Below are positions 1 to 11,900 of a stretch of 64,000 bases of DNA, piece after piece (positions within the stretch are counted from its first letter, which is position 1; the number at the start of each line of letters is the position of its first letter). The DNA lies in NCBI GenBank assembly GCA_030704615.1, contig CM060733.1, positions 23,932,001 to 23,996,000 of the forward strand, read 5' to 3'. Source of the stretch: Takakia lepidozioides (Eukaryota; Plantae; Bryophyta). The notes under the pieces are model-generated. The model made no database searches, was not told the origin of the DNA, and saw only the letters and a list, made by a program, of their open reading frames with translations. A program made the translations under genes and the position numbers.

Positions 1-1631
1 CCCTTTTCACTTTTTCTTCTCTCAAATCCTTTTTCCTTGGTGTGTGGATTCCTCACTTTTTCACAACAGCATGGCTATGATGCAATGCAAATGCACATCC
101 AGCCAGGCATCCAGTGCATCCATCATTGAAGTCAACCTTGGTTACAAGACATGATCTGCCCCTCTGTCGGTCTTTCTCTTTTCTCTCTCTCCAGTGACTG
201 GTCCTTGCACTATCTTTCCCCAAGTGGATCCTATTTGGCCAAGGTGCTTCACAACCCTTCTACAGATCTCAAATCACACACCCTGACAGCTCTCTTTTTC
301 TCCTCAAATGCAAACCTCAGTCATTCACATGTTGAGAACACTTCTATAAATCAGATCCAAACCCCAAAACAGTATTGACTTTTCTTCCCCATCCACGTCA
401 TCCCTCTCAGTTCTTCAAATCCGTTTCTGTCTGACCATCCCTGTTCTCCTTTATCCACCAAGCTAATTCTACACTGGCTCCACTGTTTTAACATCCAGGG
501 CTGGTTTGTTTATGCTGGCTGAAGACACTGAAAATAAAGAAAATGAACACAAAAACAGCAACCATTCTGACCCTGATGTGAGCTATCCTTGTCCCCTCTA
601 TCTTTTTCCTAATGACAGTGTAGCAACAGGTGCATCCATCTCCACCCTATCCTGGTTTGAATTCCAGTGTCTTCATTCCATTTTCAAAGGCCTTTTCTAC
701 TCCTCACATTTCTGTCCCCTTCAGCAGATACCTGAGACAGTTCCAAAAACTTCACAAAGTCATTCCTAAGTGCCCAAAAAGAGAAGCCAACACTCTTAGA
801 ACTTATCTGTCTTATACTCGTGTGAAGCGGTGGTTCTGCCTGCCAAGCTGGCACCTCACCATCGCTGTCATCAGCCATATTCAATGCTTCTCCTCATCTT
901 GATTCCAGTTCTCATCATGTCATGACGGCTTGCTTCATCAGCTGGCAACATCCTCGTGCTTGCCAACCTCTACCCTATCCCTCTACATGTGTACTTCTGC
1001 CCTAAGGATTGATGTGCTCCTACAGCTCTAAGACAGAAGGCAACTACAAGTTTTAACAGATGACCTGAGTCGCATCCACCAGCTTGCACTTCTCATTCCC
1101 CAACAGCTGTTGTTGCGCTCCATCTCCTCATAACTGTACTCTTCAAGACAATGGCGGCAGTGGTAGTGCACCGCTCTTAGCACCTGCTCAGCTTTCAAAA
1201 TTGATTATCACCACGCAGAAAGAGGCACCGCTTCTCTTTGCACAAAATGCCAAGCAGATCCCTTAACGTCGCGCTTTAAGGCAAGCTGATTCACATGGTG
1301 CAGGTGTAAGTTCCCAAGCCAGCCTGCCTGACAACACTACGGCAGCAGCTGTGAAGAGTTGCCCATCGTCTTCCTCCTCGTTTTCCTCAGCTCGAGTTTC
1401 TAGGTTGAACATACGCGACGAAAATCATTCATTCCAAGGATGAAAATGCGCATGTTATGACTTAGCCATATTTTGTCCTGGCAGAGCAAGAGCATAGTGT
1501 TCCCATGGAATTACCTGTAGGCCTGGGTAATTCCCTCCCGACATTAGTACCAGGCACTCCCTTCTTCACCAATGCTGTAATTTGATTCCCAACAAAATTT
1601 TCAATGTTACTCCCCTGCATTCACACTACAG

Positions 1632-2100
1632 TTTTGCACACTTTGAGGTGGCGGTGTGGTCTTGTTGCCAAGCTCGCAACTTCTTCCCAATGGTGGACTA
1701 TATTTTTGCAGCCCACACTAAGCTAGTTTTCCAGTGGGATGCCCTTCACTGTGATGAGGATCCAGTCCTCCCATGCCGTAAGGGGTCTGATTCAAAGCCA
1801 TTATATTTCAAGAACTTGTCTAGAGTGTGGGCAAACTGGCCAGAATGGACTTATGAGGACACTGTTCTTGTTGACGACACACCAAGAAAGGCGGCAAACA
1901 ATCCTCCCTTCAGTGGGATTTTTCCAGAGCCATGTAAAGTGCAACCAGATTCACCAACTGATGAGTATCTAACAGAGGTGTTGTGGCCTTTCTTGTGGAA
2001 GGCATCGAAAGCTGCCAGTATTCCCAAGTTTTTGGAGTCTCAGCCTGTTTTCGGACAACAACCATACAACACTGCTACTGTGAAGGTACAAACATTCTGA
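1632..2100 (+). CDS. FCP1/NIF-like HAD phosphatase-homology exon inside the CACTA element (C-terminal part of the domain)
   Basis: FEVAVWS...LVFQWD...C...KPLYFKNLSRVW...DTVLVDDTPRKAANNPPFSGIFP matches plant FCP1-homology proteins. AG acceptor at 1630-1631. The catalytic DxDxT motif was not found in the window. Confidence 0.65.
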
Positions 2101-2572
2101 CAGTGCTCCAGAGGCTACAAGTTTTGTGGGTTCATTCATTGCATTCTTTCCTGGATGCTTCTCCTCGGTTGCTTGATTAATGCTAGGTTTTCTTTGCAGG
2201 TTTTCATGTTGGTTTTTTTTGTTTGATTCATACTTGGATTTTGTTTCTATTCACTATTCATGTTTGCTCATTGATTTCCTGGTTGTTCTCTGGTCTGTGA
2301 CACAGGAACTTGTGACAAACAAAGGTGATATTGTCGACAAGCTGGTACAGACTAGGGGCAAGAGTGTCGACCCGACGAGTAGCCCCCCAAAAGAGGTCTC
2401 ACAACCACTTGAGACTGCAAATGGAGTAAGTCCAGGCCCTTGTCTTGTTTGTTTTATTTTTTCCAACCTTGGGGCTCTCTTTAATTCGCAAATGTTGAGT
2501 GTCCTAGTCGTGTGTATGTCATGGGTTTTCACATCGTGTTCTTTTTTGTGTGGAGTTGGGATTACAATTCAG

Positions 2573-2852
2573 GGTGGGTAACGCGGTTCGGCTGTTGGAT
2601 GTAAACTCCAAACGCAAGAAAGTTGGAGTAGGGCTGATTGTTGCTCTTCAAGGTGCTGTGGTGGGTTACAGGTACCCTGCTGTGCCCCTTGATTATGCAT
2701 GTGTGTACATCAAAGAGGCATGTGTCAGTAACACCCCTCTACCATATGTGAATGGTGTTAGGAAACATACCGAGTTGGGGCAGGTGGTTGGCCAGACAAC
2801 ACTTTGGAGTCTAAAGTTACTGAAACTTATGGAGCTGCGGAGGGATAGTTAG
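2573..2852 (+). CDS. Last exon encoding a Tnp1/En-Spm-like C-terminal domain
   Basis: V.LLD......VG.G.I....G...G....VP.DYACVYI......NTPLPY......TELGQVVGQTTLWS resembles the C-terminal domain of CACTA-associated proteins. It follows a TTCAG acceptor and lies about 1.1 kb from the terminus. Confidence 0.6.
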
Positions 2853-3389
2853 TATTGCATTGTTTAACAGAGTTCTTGATTCTAATAGCACCATAACATA
2901 CTAGCTACAACAATTCAGCCCATGTGTGGGCTTGCTTGTTTTTTGCTGGGCCTTTTGAGGCATGGATTTTTTGACCTTGTGGCTTTTGAGGTGTCCATTG
3001 GGACATTGGTCTCATTTGGATTTTTGTAATGTGATTTATAGGGCTTGTATTCCCCTGTAGTTGACTATTTTCAATCTCCTTGTGGTTGATAGTATGCAGG
3101 AGGGATCCATTCTGTTTTCATGTTGGAATTTCACCATGTAATGAAGAATTTAAATCATTTAATCCACTTTCATTTTAAATAATACCATTTAATAAAGTTT
3201 TCCAAGGCTGCAATCCCCCTATTCTTTTAAATATTAAATGAAAACTAAAAATTAAAATATAAAAATTAAAAATATAAACTATTTCGGAAAACAATCTTGA
3301 TGACACGTAGCATCACACCTGCTCAAACCAGAACACGTGGCAGTATATGACACGACATTCTTTATCTATATTTTCACCACGTGTAAAGA

Positions 3390-3975
3390 TTCGTAGTCAT
3401 ATATGCTAGTCATATATTTTGTCTGTGTGCCACATGTCACATCTCAAGTGCAACAAGTGTCCCGCTAACAACTCTCCATGTAGATATCCCTGTAGTCATA
3501 TGAGCGAGTCATGTAGTCACCACGTGTACATACGTGTCCCGCTAGCGCCTCTCCATGTAGGCATCATGTGCAGACATGTAGTCATATGATCATGGCAAGA
3601 AGTCGTGACATGTCAAATTCGCAGTGGCGCACATGTCCATCCGTCGCCTCTCCATGTAAGCATCACTTTGTAGACATATAGTCATATGATCCCCTGACGA
3701 ATGCATGACGTGTCGCTTGCGCAATGGCGCACGTGTCCCGCTGAAGCATTTCCATGTAGGCAGCGCTCAACAGACAATGTAGTCATATATTAGTCATATA
3801 GTTGTGACTGCAACCCTCTCTGCAACAGGACTCCAGGTGCCACGCAAGCAGTCACGGATATGACTTGCAAAACGCAGTCCTAAAGACTAGTCGCTACGAC
3901 ATGGTTTTTTTTCACTACAGAGTGATGTAGAACGCATATAAAACTGAAAAAATAGTCATATGTGAAGTCATAAAA
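3390..3975. repeat. CACTA subterminal repeats (TAGTCATAT motif and about four degenerate ~100-bp units)
   Basis: TAGTCATA recurs near 3394, 3407, 3494, 3580, 3680, 3780, 3792 and 3953. The unit CGTGTCCCGCT..CTCTCCATGTAG..GTAGTCATATG repeats between about 3455 and 3800. Confidence 0.8.
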
Positions 3976-5172
3976 ACGCTCATCTGTTGTAGTGTAAGGA
4001 CTTTGAAGCATACAAATTGGCACATTAATGCAAACTAATGAAGCTTACTAACGCGTTATACAATCGTTAAACAGATGCCTAATGATTCGGTTTTCCCTTT
4101 GTTTTTTTCTTCCCCGAAAGAGAGAGAGATCGTCGCAAAACACAGTTCAAAGCGCTTGAACTCAGACACCCTCAGCATTCTTCGCCATTCTCCTCCACCT
4201 CCATCGCCGCCGCTCCACTGCAAGCTGCCATGTCGTGATTGCCATGTCGTGATTGCCATCTCTCTACTGCATTACGCTTTGATAGACACACGTACACACA
4301 GAAGAGCTCCTCGACCTAACAGGTGCGTTCGATCATCATGTTTAGGGTTTCATTTCATGCGAGGGCGGTAACTCAGGGTTTGGTTCTATGAGACGGCGTC
4401 TATGGAGCGGGCGTTTGTAGTCGAAGTGGCAGGAGTAGTGTTGGCCTCGGGTTTGTGTTTAGGAAGGGGTGAGTGAGGGAGTGAGTGAGTGAATAGTGTT
4501 CGTGCGGTCGCTTTGAGTTTAGTGAGGAATTGGAGAGTGGCGGAGCATTGTGATTGCGGTTTGTGGAGGGCAGAGCGGAATGACGGAAGTTTCTAAGGAT
4601 TTCTTGGAGCTAGGGAGTAGGATTTTCTTAGTTTTGAATTTATTTATTTATTTTTTCGGTGAAGGGAGGAGGAGTGTGTATGTGTGTGTGTGTGTGTGAA
4701 GGCGGTGAGCTAGGATGGAGGAAAGCGGAGGGAGCCGGAGGTTGATTCGTAGACGATGATGCTCTAAGATGAGATTTTCGGTTGTGAAGTTTTGGTTTAG
4801 GCTCTGTGTTTTTTGGAATTTTTAGAGAGGTCTGTGCAGCCAAGGAGCAGTTAATTATGTGAGGAAGGGGCTACAATGTTGGGTGTGTTGGGTTGAGATA
4901 GGGTAGCTGCGTGACGCACACTTTGCCAGTTGCTTTGTGGGAAGTGAGAATATTTCTTTCTTCTGTTTTGGGTTGAAAAAGTGATTGTCTAAATTGACGT
5001 GTTTTTGGATGACATGAACTTGGGATTCTCCCTGTAGTTAGGTGCGTGCATTGTGCTGAGCAATTTCATATATGTTGGAGGATTGGTCGAGGGTCATCAA
5101 TAGTGTTGTAATGAATTCCAATTTCAGAAAAATTCTTACCTCATCTGTGCTTGTATTGATAATGTGGGGCAG

Positions 5173-5344
5173 GAGTGTGCCGCAAATTGTGGTAACGTTT
5201 GAGCTGCATGACATTGGGTTCATCAATGTTAAAGCAGAGGACAAGGGCAGAGACAAATTTCACGAAACAATCATCGGGAATAACGAGGGGCGGCTCAGAC
5301 ATAGGGATTACATTATGGCGATGGTGAAGGAATCCAAAGATTAA
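5173..5344 (+). pseudogene. Isolated BiP/HSP70 substrate-binding-domain exon fragment
   Basis: [40 protein letters not shown]...MVKESKD* aligns by eye to the HSP70/BiP consensus [54 protein letters not shown]. It starts after a CAG acceptor and stops prematurely; no other HSP70 exons were seen. Confidence 0.75.
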
Positions 5345-5978
5345 TCCAGGGATGGGCTGAAAATCCTTCTTGTGCCAACTGTTGCCCAAGCTGGCATGCC
5401 CACCTCCATGGGAAATGGTCACAAAAGAGTTGGGATGACAAATCGCCTAGAATGCGCCTAGAACAAGTATTGTACTTCAAAGAAAAAGAATATGTTTCAC
5501 TTCTACTTGTTTGACGGCAACCTATACGTGTCGAGTATTGAGCTCTACCACTTGTTGAGGGTGGATCCAAGTCATCTAGTACCAACTCTCATTATGAAAG
5601 AAAAAAATTATGAGAATATGTTTTCAATTATACTAGTAGTGATAGCTACTAGGTGTTTATGGCTAATGGCTTTCATGCGAGGGCTTTTCTCACTTTTTCA
5701 TGAATAACTATGTAGTCATAAATGTAGATGACTGCATTTTAGTCATAAAAACTTGTTGTAAAAATCCCGATTTGACATATTGCGCTCCATTGGACCTTGG
5801 TCTATTAATAATTATCACGGCAGATGTTCGTGGGGGTATTTTACCCGTTGCCTCAACATAGTCCCACATAATTTTAAGTTGTCAACCCGAGTTGTACTCA
5901 TAACCTACTTTTAATACATTCATCTAATCACTTTGCATTTCATGAAAATGGAGGGAATATTTTAATTATTCTTCCAAA

Positions 5979-8900
5979 TCAGTTTATTGCTAGTTGGACC
6001 AGCTCTTGTTGCTCCTTGACATGAAGACTACCAAATCCTGTTGCTGTAGCGGCCGATGGAGGTCTGCCTGCATAGATGACATCTTCTACTTTTCCACGAC
6101 CTAGTATGTTCATCGTGTTTGCTAGGCGAGGCAGCACATAAGAAAACCCACCCATGTTCATTGGTTCCTCTTGACACCACACAATCTTTGCTTCTGCAAC
6201 ACAAAAATAAATCTTACAATTTGGATCCATATCATATTAAATTTTGATCTTCTATTGGTCAAAAATTGTCTATCAAAAGTTTTACACAACAAACTTATTA
6301 ACATTGGTTCATAACATTGATTTCCAATGTAACTTTGTGAAATAAACCAAATAAGATTTTCTTATATATGCAAATTTGTTGCAGAGGCACCAATCTTTTT
6401 AGTATTGTGGACTCATTCTTCATATCAATTTGATGAGAATGGGAAGTGGAAAAGAAGGTCATTGGAATAGAAAGTACTGGGGTAACGCTTGAGCTCGCGT
6501 TGTATAAGATCATATGGGAAAGGACAGAGCTGTTCCACTCTACAAATAGCCACATCATTGGCTTTCACTCGTTGTCTCTCATCATTTACCTCATAATACA
6601 CCTGTAGTACAGTTTTTTTCTTAAGTATGGATAGACAAACTTTTGCTTCAACACATGAATGAGTTAAGCACATTTTTTAGACTAATGTGCAAAGAGAAAC
6701 TAGCAAGTTAGGAACAAAATTCCACAAACAAAATAATAAAATGTAAGATTGACCCCTAAATGTCTGCAAGGCCCATAACGCTTGGTTTTTATCTTCAGAC
6801 ATATGAGACTCAATCTTGGTGCTTGGAAGGACGCCTCACGTTTGCACCCTGCAATAGGCAAAAGTGATTGGCCCTTGGTTCTTTAGGTTTTAAAATTCAA
6901 GAATTTTGGTAATTTTTTGGATTTTGTTTTGTTGGTTTTTGTGTTCTTGGGGCTCAAAATCTGTGCTTGAGCCCCTCAAATACCCTCAAGTACTATGCTC
7001 CAGCCTTTTTGGCATGTCTTGAATACCCAAACACGAAGAAAGAACCAATAAAAAAAAGTAAAAAATAAAAAAAAACTGCTTTGACCAACCATCAATTTTT
7101 GGCCAGTTGGCATAATTCCTTAATTGTTACATCCAACACCTTGTGTAGATGAAACACTTGGTCCATGGGCCTAGGCCCCAGTCCATGTCCATTTCGAGAC
7201 CCATATATATATTTAAAAGACTTGGCAAAAACTTGGGCTGCATCAGCAATTGTGGAGGTTTGGCAGATGTGATCTGTTTTGCCCCAAATTTGAAGAGCAT
7301 GTGCAAGGGGTAGATGGGCACATCATGGGTGATCAAATTTTCCAAAATAGTAATTTTATTGGAAACTCCACCCTTTTTCAAGGCAGGGGATAGGTTGTTT
7401 CTGGAAAGTCAAACTATCTTTCGGATTAACGTTGAGGTAATCTGCAGCTTGAAAATAATTGTAGGTATGTCTGAAACATTGAGATAAATTTGTTGTTTAA
7501 TGTTACTTCTTGGTTTGCATCTTAATGGAGGAGATCAAAGCATCTTAAACATCATCATACCTTGCCAGAGCAGAGAACAAGACGACGTATGTGATCCTCG
7601 CGATCTTTATGGTTATTTTGATCCTTGATGAGGCGCTTGAATCTTGTGCCTTGTTTGTCAAACCCTGGGTGTCCCTCCATATCATTGAATTCTGACAAAT
7701 TGGAACGACACTGTTGGTGTCTCAAAAGATTTTTTGGAGACATGACAATCAACGGTTTTCGAAATTCTCGATGGATCTGCATATAAATGTTCAATGCCTC
7801 CCACTAAGCTGAATTAAAAGAACATTGAGGCTAGTATCATTGCAAGGACAATCTAGAGTGAACATCAAATATGTCTATATCTTTCCATTAATATGTTCAT
7901 GATCAATGATTCCATTTCCTAATGCTTGCAGTAAAAGAAATCAAACTAAAAAATAAAACACAAAACAATATGAATGAATAGAGAGGTTAAAGGATATGCC
8001 TGTCGCCGAAGAAGATGGAAGTAGTTGGCAGGTGTGGTAACATTGACAACTTGCCAATTAACCTCTTGGGTCTGTCGACTTAAAGTATCCTCCAATTCTG
8101 GTACAACATGTGGATTATCGTCACTCATCTGAAAAAATCACATTAGAATACAAAATTTAATGAAATGTTAATTTTTTTCTATAGATAAAAATTAATAAGA
8201 TGATTACATGAAGACATTCATCAAATGAAGCAACCATTACTTCTTAGCCACATTGCAAAGCGTTGCATGAATTATCTAAGATCATCCTCAATATTTATGT
8301 TATCGAAATGATATCGGAACATCTATTTGATTTTCTGTCTCTTTTTCTGTGGATGTGTTGTTTAGGTTGTATTTCTACATGATCTCTAATATGAAATAGC
8401 ACTTGAAAAGATGCATTGGTATAACTAGTTTGTCAACAACATCTTGACATAGAAAGATACCGACAGCTTGTGGTGTGCTAATTAAAACAATTATATCAAT
8501 GTTTCAAACAAAGTTAACGTTGAGATGGTTTTGATATTCAATATCCCATCTTTGCAGTCTTATAATGAGCTTAGAACTGCTCTAAATTTCACCTGAAGAT
8601 AACGCTCCAATCGTGCACTTGAATGCTCAGGCCCCTGCCCATCATAGCCGTGGGGAAGTAACACAGTCAAGCCTGTTTGGCGTAGCCATTTGGATTCTCC
8701 ACTGCTAACAAACTGGTCAAATATTACTTGTGCTGTGTTGGCAAAATCGCCAAATTGTGCCTCCCACAATACCAATGAATTTGGATTTTCCATAGAGTAG
8801 CCCAGCTCAAAACCTAACACTCCGAATTCTGAGAGAGAGCTGTTCGCTCATCCCCAAATTAGTGTACTTCTTTATGAATCAGGGTAATGAGCTTTATTTC

Positions 8901-11900
8901 CACATGAATGATGGAGAGATTGAAAAAATACATTTAAATCAATAGTAAATAAAAATAAAAATAAAAATACATGTATTTTGACATTGTACATTTGTATGGA
9001 TTTGAGACCGATCATATAATATGATCCGGATATTTATTAATGTTCAAATTTAGTTGTAAACTAAAAAAATTGTTCCCAATTTCTCCTAAGAGTCTTGAGA
9101 TACATTATGTACCCATTTTGACAAGACGATCCCAACACACGATAGGGCAGAACCAAAACATAACCTAAAATGTGGAGCTATGTGGATATCCATGAGCACC
9201 TTGTGTGCACGACCACAACATGGTACCACTGGGTATTTATTTATTTAAAGCAACAACATCTTACATATAGAATGCAATGTTCACAAAGATTGATATAAAT
9301 CTACATGCATATCAAAAGTTGACGATAAGAAGTTGTACCTATTGCAAACAGTGAACTTTTCGGCTTCTTGGCTTTTCATAACATGTTCCAGTGGACAATA
9401 GATCTGACCATTCTTTTGGTCATGCAATATTGCATGGCGATGACTGAAGGTCCCCCTCTCCACGTCTTGCCCACTTAGGCGTACATGATTGCCTTCCACA
9501 AGAAGGGTTCCAAATGCCATGGCTTCAGCTGTTGCCCAATCCACTCCCTCCCCTTTTTCTATCATCAGAGCTCTCTGATCATACACGCGCTTTATTGCCT
9601 TGTGCGGATTGAAGCTGTTTGGAAGAGTGGTGATAGACTTGCCTACCTCTTTTAGGACTTCTGGCTTGACACTGTTGCACACCGTAGGAACGTCCAACAG
9701 ATGACACAGTGGATATTAGTGCACAAGACCGCCTTACAAGTGGTCATGGGTTCAAAGCCACATAAGTGTATGTTGGATGTCACACATTATGGCCAACCTA
9801 GCCATAAAAAGGGGTACACATGTCAATCGGCTACTTTATGTGTGTGTATCTGAGGACTTTCGAGTCCTTGGATGAGGATTGGGCAACCCGTTGCCCTAAT
9901 TTTAGGAATCTACTAGTCCATATTCAAATTGATTATATATCATAAATGAATAAGTAAATAAACACAAAGGGGTCATTGAGATATATTCAACCATACCCAG
10001 TATTGCGAACTCGAGAAAGTTGCTCTGGACCTTTGAAACCTGCCCAAAAAGCTGCGAGCCAATCTCGCTTGCTTGGAATGTAGTCTTTGCTGTTGTTAAA
10101 CTCCTCATTTAAAATTGCAACAACTCTATTTTGCAGGGTACTGATCTCCTCCTTCCCTAACAAACCATTGTCTACAAGTTTTTTCTCATAAATGGCCAAA
10201 GCCGTTGGATGGTTCTTGATTACCTACAAAACGAAAATGTTGGTCCTTTTGGTAAAGAAGGGAAACTTTGAACGTGGACCTACATGAAGAATAATGATCT
10301 AACATAGAAGCAAAGAAGAGGGAGGAAGATTCATTGCTTCTTTTGTATGACCTAGGGGTGCGAGGTTGATAAATATAAGCATTAATAGGTCACTTCAGTA
10401 TACGTTGTACCTTAGAGGACAACGACCCTAAGCTCACTTAAGACAAAACAAAAGATCAGTAGGAAATAAGCTAGGTAATGGTGAAATGACAATAGAATGA
10501 GTATACTGTAATCATGAAAGAGTTTCCCTAGTAATAAACTTTGGTTTCAATGTGACTATTTCTTCGAGGTCTTATCAGCATGAAAATTGATGCAACTCCA
10601 ATATTCAACCAAAAAGTATTGACCTTGGAGGAACATGACATCTTTTCAGTTGACTTGACTCTCAAACTGAGCCAAAAAGCCTTGTAGTGACAATTCTTTG
10701 TCATATTTTCAAAAATATACCTCATTCTTTTACATATTTTTTTAATACATTTCTTCATCATTGGACACAATATTTGAGCTATAGGTAAAAGTAGCTTGTT
10801 ATGTAAACCAAAGATCAATAGATTTCCAGTAGAGAAAAAACCCATATACAAAAGTCATTGCAGCAAAGAAAAAGGTGCTTAACTACTTCCACACCTGGTA
10901 CATGGTGGGTTGTGTAAAGAAAGGTTCGTCAATTTCATTGTGTCCAAACCTGCAACCATTTGTTATCCCAAGATGGTCTTAACCAACAATCTTGTAAATA
11001 TAATATTTACATTAAATTTGAGATATTACACTGTAATTTCAATAAATTGAGTGTCATACTCATTGTAATGCTTAGATACATCTCAAATGAAGACCTTGTA
11101 GTTATTTTTTATGAACCATTGTTTGGGAACACTAGTTGATCAAATAAATGGTACATTTGCTAGACATGAATATATGAGGTACTTGTTAGAAACATGATAT
11201 GATATTCGTATTTCTATAAAAATTAGTTGGTCATTAGTGGAAAGATCTTAGCATTGGTGGAGCTTTGGAACTCCAAAGCCAATGTTCTACAAGTGTTACT
11301 TGAAACAAAATAAAATAAAAACCTTTAAATTCCAATGCACCAAACCATCCCATCTACAAACAATCAAGTTCTCCCATAACGTTCATTTTATTGTGTCACT
11401 ATATTGAAAATGAAAAAACATAGCAAGCATATTATTTATCCAGATTTTATTCTTTTGACCTCCGATAGCAGACAATATCCACCACTACATCAGAATGAAA
11501 TTTGCAGCGCCACTCAGCCGCCAACTGGCATGCTCGGACTACTGCCTCCACATCATCACCGTTAACATGAAAGATAGGGGCACAAAGGGCCTTGGCAACA
11601 TCTGTGCAATATGGAGATGAGCGGCTAAACTTTGGGTCTGTTGTGAAAGCTACCTGGTTGAAAGAAAGAAAGGGTGGAATAGGACTATATATTTTTCATT
11701 ACCAAGTTTACTTCAATCCATCATGTTGGGTTCTTATAATCTCACGTAGAAATCACTCACATAATTTTGTATATGTTGTTGTGATGTTACATGGGATGTA
11801 ATTTTATGAATAAGATTTCAAACAAATAGACTATCTACTCTAATTTCAAGTTTAGTTGATTGCTATCAAGAAACTTGAGAAGAGATGGAAAGAAAATACA

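Larger units (their letters stand above)
1..3994 (+). mobile_element. Right-hand portion of a CACTA (En/Spm) DNA transposon; left end outside the window
   Basis: Ends in ...CTGTTGTAGTG at 3994 (reverse complement CACTACAACAG, a typical CACTA terminus). It is preceded by a dense subterminal repeat array and an ORF resembling the Tnp1/En-Spm C-terminal domain. The TSD cannot be verified because the other end is absent (right flank TAA). Confidence 0.8.

Noticed and set aside
3390-3975. Repeat array as CRISPR-like
   Set aside because: Eukaryotic context, degenerate units without unique spacers, and adjacent to a CACTA terminus.
9715-9900. B-box-like GGGTTCAAAGCC in OGDH intron 7
   Set aside because: No clear A-box, tail or second copy; too weak to call.
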